From Octopus bimaculoides (lineage: Eukaryota), in NCBI RefSeq assembly GCF_001194135.2, contig NC_068998.1, forward strand, positions 685,004 to 749,003: a DNA stretch of 64,000 nucleotides. Direction: 5' to 3'. The notes under the pieces are model-generated. The model was not told the origin of the DNA and ran no database searches. It was given only the letters and a program-made list of their open reading frames with translations. Made by a program: the position numbers and the translations under genes. Shown here one piece after another: positions 1 to 13,574 of this stretch (within the stretch, counting starts at the first letter, position 1; each line of letters begins with the position of its first letter).

Positions 1-789
1 GGTTCTGACATTCCTTTGAAGTGATTTTACCAAAAGACTGGAATATGGCACACAAGATACAAACTGATCAGGAAATAGGAAGACAAACTACACAAGAACA
101 CAAGAAATTCCTTTTTTTTTTGCTTGTTTTTTTTGGTTTTTCCTTTTATAAACATTTTCTCACCCATAATCCATCGACATGGTTTATATTCTAAGAAAGT
201 TTCAGCTACAATGTAATCTCTATCTTGTTTTTGTTGTGGATGTGTTCCCTACTTTTGATTCTTGTGTGTGTGTGTATAGGAATGCGATATACAATATTTC
301 AAAAATGTTTCCGTGACATGTTTGAAACTGATAGGCTAATGCTGCTGGTCGAAAGTGACATGCCATTAAACAAAGTGTGCAATGTTGCATGTTGCTGTCC
401 TCGTTAGGTGCAGCATTGAACTTAAGCTGCAGGAATGGAAAATGGTAAAATGGAATTTATAAACAAAGTATGTTTAATCCTATAAAAGCAGGTTACATTT
501 AAATACTTAAGAAATCTGACAGCCAGATTAAATTGTTCAATTTGAATGTGTAACAATGCAACCACCACTGACATATGTTATGTGTATAGTACTCGGTTCT
601 AAATCATTTCTCTCTGGTCCACACTCCTCTGTGGGTGGGTGTGGGTGCCATGTAACCAGCATATTGGAATCTTAAGTTTTTCTTGCTGCTGTATTTCAGT
701 GGAATACATACTATCAGAAAAGAACACAGATCTTATACATACTCACACACACATGTATGTAAATCTACAGACACATACACCTAAAGTAC

Positions 790-1222
790 AAGCATAGCTG
801 TATAGTGAAGCAGTCTGCTTCCTAACCATGTGGTTTCGGGTTCAGTCCCATGGTGTGATGCCTTGGGTAAATGTCATGTACTACAGCCCAGGGTTAACCA
901 GAGCCTTGTGAGCTGATTTGATAAGATGGTAACTGGAAGAGGCTTACTGTACACACGTGTGTATGTGTGTGCATGCATCCCTATCTTGACATAATGTGAT
1001 ACTTGCCAACATCACTGTCACAACTGTAATGGTGCTCATTTGCAATCTTCTGCATAGACAGGTCTGGCTCTTTCATAGTTCATGTTCAAAAAACTGGGGG
1101 AAATATCTTGTTTGAAAAAATACAGATGAGGGCAGGTGACAGAAAAGGCATCCAGTCACAGAAAATCTGCCTCAACAAATTTCATGCAAGCATAGAAAAT
1201 GAGATGTTAAAATGATGATGAT
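790..1222 (+). mobile_element. tRNA-head SINE, CpG-decayed, with (ATG)n tail
   Basis: B-box-like GGTTCAGTCCC and CCTTGGGTAAATG body, shared with copies at 42488 and 49278. Ends ...GTTAAAATGATGATGATG. Confidence 0.65.
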
Positions 1223-1483
1223 GCACACACACGATTTATATCCATAGAAACACATTTGGATATGTGTGTGTGTGTGTGCAGAATTGCGTTGATCCTTTGG
1301 TCAATAACTGATGAGGATTTGGTGACCAACTGTGTCTGTTTTCCATTTGTTTGTGCATTTATTATATGTTTATATATATATATAAACATAGGGCAGATAT
1401 ATAGAGAAACCTAAAGTGTATACATTCAGTGTCTTTTTAATATATACTGCTACACTATTTCTGCATATTGTACTCACTTTTAG

Positions 1484-1547
<64 letters not shown>

Positions 1548-1989
1548 TGTCACTTAAACACTTAATGTATACATATAAGAATGTAACATCATCATAATGT
1601 TCAATGTCAGCCAATTGCAAGAGCCACAACAATAGACCCATAATTGTAATTTGATTGGTTTACAATAAAGGGAGTAGGTGGAGCAAGTTCAAGTTACACA
1701 ATGTCTGACTGTCTTTAGACATCTACCATATTCCTTGCCTATTCAATTAACCTTCCTTTAACCTGTCTTCAAAATGGCAAACAATGGAATCCATAAGTAA
1801 TTGCTTATAGAATTACAGACACTGTTGTAGCTATGACATTCTACAGAGTCATAATGCTATCATCATCATCATAAACATCGTTTTTTATGTTTTTTCTATA
1901 CTGGCATGATCACATATATGTGTGTACACAGCGATATGCATATATTTGTGCGTGTGTGCGTGTGTGTACACACATTTGTATATGTTATA

Positions 1990-2352
1990 CTGGGTTGGCC
2001 AAACATTTTTTTTAAGTTAAAATAAGAAACTTTAAACAGAAAGTGATTTATTCAATCAGTGATATAATTACTATTTCTTCATTCCAGTATCTTCTGCCAT
2101 CTTGTGGGTAGAACCTTTATTCCTTGCTCAAAGAATTTCCAGTTTTTACTGGCAAATAACTCTTCTAGGTGAATTTTTACATCCTCTTCAGAATTGATGA
2201 TTTGTCTATTCAATGAGTTTTGAAGAGACTTGAAGTGTCAAGTATCTTACAAGTATCTTGCATGTGCAAGACACAGACTGAAGGTAGCGACTTATCAGAG
2301 TGCTTGAAGTTTAATGTTGACAAAAACTGAACAGACGTTTTGGCCAACCCAA
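1990..2352 (-). mobile_element. Internally deleted mariner (Tc1/mariner) element
   Basis: TIRs CTGGGTTGGCCAAAC and GTTTTGGCCAACCCAA, both flanked by TA. The minus strand reads FKSLQNSLNRQIINSEEDVKIHLEELFASKNWKFFEQGIKVLPTRWQKILE, the mariner transposase C-terminus. Confidence 0.85.
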
Positions 2353-2387
2353 TATACATGCGCACACATACACACACACAAACATAC

Positions 2388-2418
<31 letters not shown>

Positions 2419-3166
2419 GAGTGAGAGAGAGAGAGAGATCTGTATATATGAGAAATCTCAATAAAGGAAGAAACCACTGGACCATGACATACCCAACACA
2501 AACAGATGAGGAGAAACAAGATGCAGACACATGCACAGTTTATGTACCTCAACACTGATCATGCAAAGCACAGAGACATACACATGCAGTCCAAGAAGCA
2601 GACGACAATGGATCCAGTTTGTGACAAACTTGGAACCAATGTGGGTGTCACTGATGAGCTGGTGTATGACAACAAAAGGACTAATTGAATGAGTAAATGA
2701 TTGGTCAAGGAAGGTTGATGTCAAGAAGAACGTCTGGTCGTGGAACGTTGTCGCAATAAGCCTTGTCCAAGACATAAAAATTAAACCCTCTATTAGTGTA
2801 TGAAGCATGTTAAAGCAAAAGTGAGGAATAACAAAAAGTTATACAGGTCAAGAAAGTAGCTTCTATGTGGTCAGTCAACTTTGCTAGAAACACTTGCCAA
2901 AAACTGCACTTCCCTTTGATTAATTTGGGAAATATAATTCTTTCTTAAACTTAACTCTTACTTTGTTTCCAGAAGGCTTGAGAATTATTGCTATTAATTG
3001 AACATTGATTGTTTTAATTAATGGAGCATTTAAAAAAATAAAATTTTGGTGTTTTTGTTTCTTCAGTTTTTCTAATATTTTTTATTTCAAAAATTCTAAT
3101 AATTATCAATATTTGTTGTTTTCTCTTTTTTTTCTTTTTCTTTTTTTTCAACTTTCATTTCCATAG

Positions 3167-3265
3167 ATATTTGTTCGGGCTCTGTTTGATTATGATCCAA
3201 CATCCGATGAACTAAATCCTTGCCCCCAAGCCGGAATACCTTTCAAAATCGGAGATGTATTACAG
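3167..3265 (+). CDS. CASK: CASK/lin-2 exon, SH3 domain N-half ([33 protein letters not shown]); gene is 5'-truncated by the window edge
   Basis: Long T/C tract plus CATAG acceptor at 3165-3166 and CAG|GTAAAT donor. 99 nt, phase 0-0. Matches the CASK SH3 motif IYVRAQFEYDP..DLIPC.EAGI.F..GD. Confidence 0.95.
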
Positions 3266-3871
3266 GTAAATTGATACGTTTTACCTTCTCTTGTAGGATT
3301 TCTTTAGCTGGGATATTTTCCAGTATAAAACATATCTAGCTCTTCCACACTAGGACAGTTGGGGGGGGGGGTCTACAGATAAATATATAGCAGCATTCAA
3401 ACATTGGACAGATTAGTGAGAGACATTAAATCTCTAATCTTAAAGTTAATGCAACAGAGTAAATTTCTCAGATAAATGGAATCCAGACAGTATGAGAAAT
3501 GTTTAAACAGACTTCAAAAATAATTACACATCTGTTTTCTCTGTTGAGTTATTGTGACAATCATTACAGTGGTCATTACAGTGGTCATTACAACAGCCAT
3601 TGTAGTACTATCAATCACAGTGGTCGTTATGGTACAGTTATTACAACAATCATTGCAATAACCATTTACAATAGGCATTACAATAGTTTTTAATTAGAAA
3701 GGATTATTATTATTATTATTAATTAAGCAACTAATTATTAAAGTCTAGTTCACACATTGGTTTATTTCCCTGTTGAACTCAGAAATCTAATGTATAATTA
3801 CTACAATACATGTGATAGTTGAAAGAATTAGATTTTCCTTCGTTCACAGGTTGTGTTTTGATGTGTTTCAG

Positions 3872-4019
3872 GTAATCAACAAAGATGATCCTCATTGGTG
3901 GCAGGCCCGAAAGTGGAATTCGCCCTCCACTGAGCCAGCCGGTCTTATACCGTCTCCAGAGTTGCAAGAATGTCGTGTGGCATCGGCAGCTTCTGAGAGA
4001 GCCAAACAGGAGAGTGCAG
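3872..4019 (+). CDS. CASK: CASK exon, SH3 C-half and start of HOOK ([15 protein letters not shown]...[28 protein letters not shown])
   Basis: TTTCAG acceptor. WWQ and [10 protein letters not shown] motifs. Ends in phase 1 at CAG|GCAAGT (GC donor), which joins the phase-1 exon at 15399 in frame. Confidence 0.92.
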
Positions 4020-7000
4020 GCAAGTATTCGAAGAAAGAAAATATAGACAAGTATTCCAGACGAGAAAATGGAGGCAAGTATATCCGTACAAAGCTACCAA
4101 AGCGATTAGATAGAAAATATATTTAACTCTCGGCTTAATTTTATTCTTTTCTCTGCCAAGCTCCACTAACTTTGCATGTCATGACATTTAGATTATTGAC
4201 AGAAGATTTCTTAACACAAAAACAAACAAATATTACCGCTTGCAATTTTATGACTGATTTTCCATTTCTTTCTTCAAAGCAGGTTTCCTGTCTTAACCTG
4301 AAGCTAGTTTGCTATCAGAAATTTAACAGCAAATATAAACACACACAACCTTTAGTTGTTTATTCAAAATTCACAACTTGCACATCCAACACTTATAGTC
4401 TTTCTTTATTTCCGTTATGTTCTTAGAATGATGCCATATGTTTCTTATTCTTCACACACACACACACACTCTCTCTCTCTCTCCCCACCACCTCTCTTTT
4501 TGGCTAGAGTTTTTTGTGTTTTTATTTCAAAAATTCAACAGTAGTGCCCCAGCATGACCGCAACTTTAAAGCTGACACAATTTAAAGGAAAAATAGAGAG
4601 ATAAATTAATAAAACTAGTGAATCCACTTTTGAATATTTGTTTGCAACATCAACTTTTTGGGGATTTATAGATTGGTTGGTTGTCAATTTTAACAAATAG
4701 CTTTCAAACTGAATGGAATATTACACAAAGTTCAACTAATGCTAGAACTTTAAAATATGAGATTCATTTTATTATTGGTAGCTTCTTTTTTTTTATTGAA
4801 ACTTTAAAAAAATTGAAATGATCCTTTTAACTCTTACAATATAAAAATAGAAGAATTTATAATCCAGCTGTATTTGCTATTTTCCTAAATCCTTTTTTTC
4901 TTCTTTAATCTTCCGATTTACGTTTTTAATTGTTCTCAGTTTCTGCCAGAATTTATGGTTAATATCTTTCCCTGCTTCAAGAGATTTTAATCCTTCATCC
5001 AGAAATATTCTATTTACTTTCGGTTCTGAGAAAACATCTTTACTTAATTCTTGTAAACAATTTTTAAAGTAGTTGTTAAAAGTATTCTATAGAAAAGAGG
5101 TGGAGGGAGTTGATGGAACTTTCTGCTCACAGAGTCTCATGAAGAAGCTGTTGTGGAGTTTCTACATGCATTATATTTATGATTAGACACACATGTAACA
5201 AACAAGGTTTCACTTGCTAAATACTAAGACAACTATAACACAAACACTACACAATGACTGCTGTAAGTACAATGTAGAGTGGACTATTTACTAGAAAGTA
5301 ATCCCTTTGTAGTAAATACTATGTCAACTACAAAGGTGAAGTTAACAATGACCATTGTTTACTATGTTAGTTACTTCACAGCTACAAGGTCTGGGGTTCA
5401 ATCTCAAGGCGTTTTCTACTCAAAACATTGGGTTAACTAATGCTTTATAAGTGAAATTTACTCGATAGATGCTGTGCAGAAGTCCACTGCTTTTCCTGAT
5501 TTATATCAACCAGAAAACTGGAGGTTTTCAAAAGAAGTTCCTTACAACAGTTTTTCTGCACCAAGATACAGACACTCCCTTATGACCCTCACCATCAGAA
5601 ATGCAGTGATTCACTTTTTGATTTGTTGAAATCCTGTAACCTAATGACAATGCTACTGTTCACCAATTCCAGTAGAAAATTATAAGTTAGACGATAAATT
5701 AAGAAGCAAATGAAGAGAAGTTTTTAGTACTTGTTAATCTCAGAAGGATTTAAGGCAAAGTTCACCTTGACAGAATTTGAACTCACAATGTTACAAGCCA
5801 GAACTAGACAAGTCATTTCCTCTTACACTCCAACACTTGTAGGACATTAAATCGTATCCTGGACACACACACACACACACACACATTGAAATGAGTTATG
5901 TAAACATTAGAGTGAAATGATTAATGAGTGAGTAGAGTAACAGGATTTCCTGAATGTTTTCCTTTGTTCGTACATTCATTAAGTGGCAATATTATCTTAT
6001 TATCATTACTAATTAGATACTTAACTAATGAACCACATCTTTAACAAGGCATAAAGCCAAACACCAATGCAAGAGGTTACTGAGTCAGTTATATTTTAGC
6101 TACCTTTGTGCATCTCTGCTTACAATATACTAGGAGACATGTAAGTAAATGCTGTGAGGCATCCAGTGTGGTGCTCTGCTATTTCACCTCCCCTTCCACC
6201 TCCATTAAAATCAAGTTTAGAAAATATAGAAGCATATTCCTTGACTGTTGTATCAATTTGTAATCTATCAACAACAATAGTCTTCATATTTAATGTTCTG
6301 AATAATCAATAATCGAGAATTTAGTAAAATAATTATGTTTTTATATTATTAATTTAGTGTTTATGTGAAAGTGAAATAAATATTTAATTCTTGGAAACTC
6401 ATTTTGTAATATTTTTGTGGACACTGAAGTATGTTGAAGGCCATCTATTAGCCCACAGTCAGTCATCATCAGTGTTCCAGCACTGACCCCTGGTCAGTCC
6501 ACAGATCCCTGATGTTCTGTCTTTTATTCAGTGTATCTACATTATCCAAATGAGTCCTTCCCTTGTTAGAAGATTTTGCAGCTATTTCTGACAAATCAAT
6601 AACTATGTGGAGACTCTTTGGCCAGTGCAGCTGCATAAAGAACAGATATCTTGAGGTTAAAATGCATTGCAGTACTTGTCCTGATTTCTTGCATTACCAG
6701 TTCAAATCCCAGCAAGATCAACTGTTTCCTCCTGGATTGGAGTTAATAAAGCACCAGTTCAGGGCAGAGGGGGCTTAATGGAATTCTTAGAGCATCAGAT
6801 GGGATAATTAGTGACTTTTGTTCTGATTTTATAACTAGATTAAAGAATAAAGGAATTCAAATGAATTCATTAGTTTGTGCTAAATTAAATAAATAATATG
6901 TAATGGACATCTATTTCGGCATCTTTAGATTCTTGTAGTATTTTTTTTTTTCAGACACATGAAAATAGAAAGATAGAATAGAAATAAAAATCAAATATTT

Positions 7001-8638
7001 TTCAGGCTTTTTTTTATAAATTTGAAATAAACAATTTTAGCAAATAATTATAAATATTTCTATTGACCTAATTATCATTTATTTACTGATATTTTTGACA
7101 ACAATGGCAAGTATGAAATAAATATTAACTGATTCAAAACTTGATAGCTAAAATATATTTAATTACTAAATTTGTTATCTAGATCAACACTGCTAACTTC
7201 AATTTGAAAGACTAACTTGGGATTCAATATTTCTTTCTGTTTTGCAAGAGATTCTTATCTGCCTCAACAGCCAACATTGTTATCAGTAATGTTGATTCAC
7301 AGACTTTAAAATTTTAAATTCTACAGTTTAATTTTAATAGTTGCCTCCATCAGCTCGTCTTTCAATGTTGTTGTTGTTGTTGTTGTTATTGTCATTGTTG
7401 ATGGTGGTGTTGTTGATGGTGGGTGTGGCATTGTTGTTTGTAATATTGTTGTTGTCGTCATTGTTTTTGAACATGAATAAATCAAAACACTTCCTCAGGA
7501 ATCACATGAAAAGTTAAAAGCTGATGTGCGTGTGCACACAAACACATATATATACACACAAATGTATATTGTGAGAGGGTGTGTTCATATTATATTTATG
7601 TATGTACACACACTACACACACATGCTTGGATAAGTAAATGAGAGAAAATAGTACTCAATACACAAAGTGGATGTAATTTATTCATTCAGAAGTGAGGCT
7701 TCACTGTTGTTTCTCTGAGTTTCTTGTTATGTTCTTTAATATACATCATGTATATTGTGTGTGTGGTTATGTTTAGCATGTGTCTGTGCACATATACACA
7801 CACACACACCCACACACAGAGTCTTCATCTGCATGAAACACATACAAAGATATTTATGTACCCAGTCCAGTGTGCTTATGTGCATTTGTAATCATTAGCA
7901 ACAGTTGTGTCGTTAGCCATTATTAATATTTTGCTATAAAATCTCTAATTTCTCCATCACAAACGTTTCCTGGTTTTCTGTTTGTTCTAAATTATTTTTA
8001 TTCACAATCCACTTTAAATACCTGCTAATCCTCTAATCCACTGCTAATCCCCTCCAATCATATGTCAGAGTTTCTTCTCTCTAGTTAGTATACACTAATT
8101 TAAACACTTTACTATCAATCATTAAAATCTTTCCTCATATTTGTTATTTATTTAACGATAGCCATTGGTTTTTATTTATATATTTAATTTTTTGTTGCTT
8201 TCATGTAATTATGTCATTTTCCACATAATTTTATAATTTTCCAGGTGAATTTCATTGTTGTTGTTGTTAAGCTGTAGAAATGATAAAAGGTCAGGCTGAA
8301 TGTTCCGTGTTATTCATATCCTTTGGTGTCCCGAGTTCAAATTCCAATAAAGAGACGGTCTTTCATTGCTCTGAGGTTAATAAAAGAAATTTCTTGTTAG
8401 AAGCTGTTATTTTGGACATTCCATAATGGGTGGCATGGTGGAAGACTGTTTGCATACAGTGCCCCATTTTGCTCTCTAACAGAGTGAGTTGCACCACAGT
8501 GTGGTACGTGTTTACAGCTGAGTAGACTGAGACTTAAGAAGCTTTAACACAGATGCAACAGAACATGAAAGAATATAAACTATCAACTGTCCTGTTGCTG
8601 TATTTTCCATAAATTATTGTTTTGTCTCTTTGTCGCAG

Positions 8639-8698
8639 GAAACAAACCTGTGATATCATTCTTTGCAAGATTCCTCTCCAGAACTGTTGGCAGGAATG
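8639..8698 (+). CDS. Candidate alternative 60-nt HOOK cassette exon (G-NKPVISFFARFLSRTVGRN-G)
   Basis: Strong acceptor TTTTGTCTCTTTGTCGCAG. In frame, phase 1-1, no stop. Donor ATG|GTTTAT is weak. Confidence 0.4.
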
Positions 8699-9827
8699 GT
8701 TTATATTGAGTTTGCTAAAATGTCTTTGTTGATTTCACTTCTTTATTGAGCAGCAAACTGTGTTGGATCTATTGATAACCGCTTTGGTGAAAATAAAAAT
8801 TAGAGCATGGCAGAATCTTTTGAATATGAATGATTGATAAAGATTTATGATTGATAATGATAAATGATGAGAAATGTGGTTTCACATCAATTTCTTTTTT
8901 TTTTTTCTTAATTTATTTGATAACTTAACCATTAATAATACATCCTTCACTGGTTACATCTTGTGACTAAGTGATTGGTAGTGGGGTGGATATAACTGAC
9001 AGCTTTTATTCCATTTTTCATGGTTCCTTTTAGAGAAATTAATAAAAGTATTTTGGTTACTTGTTAATATCAACATTTAACTATAAATGCGTATATAAAT
9101 TGCATTCAGAAATTTACTCCACAATCATTTAGTTGTAGATTTCAGTTGCCACTTTGCAGCCCCTTAGGGAAGTATCTTGTACTTCGGCTTTAGGTCACAG
9201 ATGCCAGTCAGGTGCTATGAGAAAAGCACCGAGTACACTCTGTAAAGTGGTTGGCATTAGGAAAGGCAGTTAGCAGTAGAACCACCACCAAGGCAAACAC
9301 TGGAGCCCAGCCCCCTGGCTTGCCAGTTCTTATCAGACCTTCCAGCCCGTTCCAGCATGGAAAAAAGGACAAATGATGATGACATATTATATACAGATCT
9401 ATAAACATAAATTAGTACATATGCAAGTGCATAGTTACCTTCATATATATATATATATATACACAGGTCTGTTGTTACCCGACTGTTTTCCTCTCTCTTC
9501 CCCACCCAGTTCACCAGCACAAACTAGTTTGATGATTTATCTCTTTCATCGTTATTGGAAGTTTTCCAACTTTGAGAAAATTTTGAAAGATAATTTTCAG
9601 AGTAATATTGAGATCCTCCCCCTCCGTCATAATAACAGACACAAACACACATCTATCACCTGGATGCAGCAGCAACCAATAAACAGATATTTAAAGACTC
9701 TTCACTGTGACAACCTGTCCTTCTTGTCTCTCCATAATTNNNNNNNNNNTGTCTGTCCAATGTCATTTGTTTTCAGTTCTTAGTTGCAGTTAATTCATCA
9801 ACTCTAGAAGTTCTCTCTTTGTATGTG

Positions 9828-9881
<54 letters not shown>

Positions 9882-11569
9882 CAGAGAGAGAGAGAGAGAG
9901 AGAGGTGTGTATGTGTGTGTGTATTCTGTTGTGTCCCTTTCTATCACATAACTGAGCACCAAAGCAGTAAATTTGGATAAAATAACAGATTGTGTTTCAT
10001 GAGAAACATATTCAAAACTTTAAAGTGAACAGTTTGCCAATGTTGCTATTTGCCAATCTTATTCATCCAAGTCAACTAACAAGTTGAGTTTGCATTGTTG
10101 TTGCAGCAGTCTATTTGGCTGTATAATAGGCACCATGTGAAAATATCAGCCAATTTTGCAGCCTATAACTGTGTGCCTGTATAGTTGCATGTTAGGTGCC
10201 ATGTAAAAGTATAGGTTAATGTTATAACCAGTGACTCTATGTCTATACAGCTGTATAAAAGGCATTGTGTGAACGGAAAGGCAAGTGCTATAGTCAAAAT
10301 CTATGCCATGTTGAATGTTTTGTTGGTCTTTACTGTTGAGATAAAGATGGAGAGAAAGTAAATTGGTGTCTCAGATATTTAATGACTAACAGAAACTTCG
10401 CTGTTGTTCTATGAAAACCTGCCACTTACGACAGGAATACAAAGAATACAATACATCTTAAGCATAACTAATTATATAGAAATCATTATTAGATACATTT
10501 GACAATGGTAATTCACTTTGCTGGCAAATTCTATCTTAACTTGTGCAGCCAATCAGCTTTCAGCATTGAAAAAGAAAGAATGATTTAAATGCACTTGAAT
10601 TGTCTTTCTTTTTTGATCTTTACTACGTCATGGATGTTATTTGCTGTTTCCATGGTTACATCATTTATTCTTCCATGGAAATCTCTCCTCACCCTTTCTC
10701 TCTGTTACACAGCTAACTATAGTAAATTATATGGTAGAACATGGTTTGGCAGAATGTTAATATCCATCTTGTCTGATTCTGTGAGTAAAGAGTAACAAAA
10801 TATCTTCACCTTTTCCTGATGGCATCAAACCCAACAAGGACAATTTGTGGCTAGCCATGATGGCAGTGCAGCACCATTGCTAATAGATTGTCGAATATTG
10901 GAAAAGCTCACCTAGTTTCTTCTTTCTATTTCAGATATTTTCCCAAGAATTCACTTTCAAAATCTCCATTCCAATATAAATTCCTCTATTTCTTCAAATT
11001 GAAAAACATTACATCGACAATCACTGCCAAACCTAGCTTGGGGTACTTACTAAAGACAAACACATCTCTCTCTCTCTCTCACTCCCTCTGTTGGTGACAC
11101 AAGGTTTTAATCTGCATGCAAAAACCATAACAACATGTCTGACAAGAATTGTGTTAGGTGGTGAGATACATCAATTAAACAGAGAAGACAAATGGATGTT
11201 AAAATGATAAATTTATCTCAGCTTATTAAGATTTTAGTGAACGCTGTTCTAAGCTATTGTGGTTTATGACAGCTCTATCGCTTGGCACTTCACCATTTAT
11301 CTTGTCTGTGAGCAGCCCTATATACATCTAACCTCATCACCTTTTCTGATGGTCATTTGTCACAGAACCTTGTCTCCACCATTTCCTCTAACAGTATGTG
11401 GTACCTTGCCTCGACTGCACTACACCTATTGTTACCATTCTCCAGCTGCAGCAGGTTAGATTATGATATACGACTATAAAGAAATAGCATTATTCATTGT
11501 TACAGCTTATTCTCAATATTATGATGAGGGAGTTAAAACATTGTATAGAATAAATGCTATATATGTGTG

Positions 11570-11619
<50 letters not shown>

Positions 11620-11731
11620 TCACCTGTAGTTTCTACATACATACATACAAATATATACATACATATATACACATATATACATACATACACATGTATATAC
11701 ACTTACATACACACACATAAATTTATACAAA

Positions 11732-11762
<31 letters not shown>

Positions 11763-12446
11763 GCATAATATATATTTATGCATGCAAATATTAAGGTAGT
11801 CTTCATTTTATTTCTAGGCACTGTGAAATGTGTGGGTTGAGAGGTGGTTGAGTGGATATCTGGAAATAGTTTTAACCTCTGAAGGAGAGATCAATAAAAA
11901 AAAATGTATCATCTTTGAGCGGATGAGAAGTTTGCTTTGCAATAAGATGGTTCTGTGCTCCACCTTAGTCAAGCCACTTCTAACATAGCCATGAGGATCA
12001 GCACTTGAATGGTGCTCGGCCACTTTGCCTTCATGAGGCCCAATGCTCGAAAGGAACTCAGCCACAGTAATTTGAAAAAACAAAATACAAAGTCCACTGT
12101 TATTTGCCAACCCTGTCTCATTACTTTCTTTGAGACTTTACCGGAATTTCACTGGAACTTAAAACAAGAGATACTGTTCTTTTCTATTGCATCAAAGATG
12201 TCCCAGGTTCAGCACCAACCACTACAGCTGCTACCAGTTGCCTAGCAATTTTCCATCACATGACCTAAACAGACTAAAATAAGAATGAGCCTTACTGGCA
12301 ATCATGCTTCATCACTCAGATCACCATCATCTGAAGAATCAGATTTGCTGATGTGTTGATGGTGGGACTAAATAATGCAGATTGATGTCACTAATCATTA
12401 ACACAAATATTCAATGTGTTAAATAATCTTTTCTTAGTGTACTTAT

Positions 12447-12487
<41 letters not shown>

Positions 12488-12589
12488 TATACCTTACCAT
12501 ATTAAAAATCCAATGTCAGTGTCCAATATGTTATCTTTAAAATAGCATGTTCAGCATTAGCATCCATGGTGTGTGTGTGTGTGTACATG

Positions 12590-12631
<42 letters not shown>

Positions 12632-13574
12632 CATAAGTAAAATGGCTGTCAGCAAAGATTAAAATGTCATCTATGAAAGACAAAAGAAAATGCTCCAATA
12701 AAAAAAAAAGAAAACAGTAGAAATATGAAGTGGCAAGTTAGGGATTTTAGGAAAGTAGATAATGTTGAGAGAAATGCGTCATTGAATAATGGGAAAGTTT
12801 CGAAGGTGCTGAGAGGCAAATAATGGGAGATAGAGAGATGTTTCAGCTGATATAATAATAAAGCTAGTATTAAGCTGACTTAAGGAACCTATAAACTGAC
12901 ATTATCAGCAGTTGGCAGTAAATTTACTGTCCAATTTCCACATGCCATTGCATCTATTCCTGATATTCTTCTAATGGTTACAGGTTCTAAATTGGTGATT
13001 TTTCTGAAAAGATGCTTCATTTCTATTTTATTTACATATTTTTTTTCTCCTTTCACCCTGTGAAACTAGAGAAATGTTTAATGGACTCCCAGAGTGTGTA
13101 CCATATTGAAACTGTTGCTTTGATATTCCTACACGGTAAAGAAGACATTAAAAAAATAGATTCCATATTCAATTAGATTTGTTGTTTGTTTTTTTCTTCT
13201 TATTTTATTATGTCTTTTTATTTTATTTTATTTTTATGAAGTCTATTTTTGCTGTAAATCTTCTGCTTTGCAGTGATATATGAAGAAGCCTCACAGTGAT
13301 GGAATGAAACAGTCAATAATAGAGGAAATATCGAAGATATCTCTTTCATACTGTTTGATAAAAGTAGTTAAACTGCAGAGTTGCAAAATGATATTTTATG
13401 TAGCAGTAAATACTTGTAAGATTTAATACTATATAGCTGTGAAATAACAGTGTATAAGCAGTAATATGGCAGAAAGGCTTCAGCACAGAGCTGTAATACT
13501 GCATATAGACGTAATAATACCTGTAAGAGTGCTTTTATACTGTATGGCTTTCAATATAGGTAATAATGATTTCT

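Noticed and set aside
2455-2900. Possible LTR-retrotransposon tail
   Set aside because: No diagnostic motif, PBS/PPT or paired LTR visible.
11818-12360. Acceptor-like TTTCTAG followed by coding-looking sequence with Cys pairs
   Set aside because: All three frames stop shortly after the acceptor and no motif was recognised. Possibly an old TE or pseudogene fragment; BLASTX would be needed.
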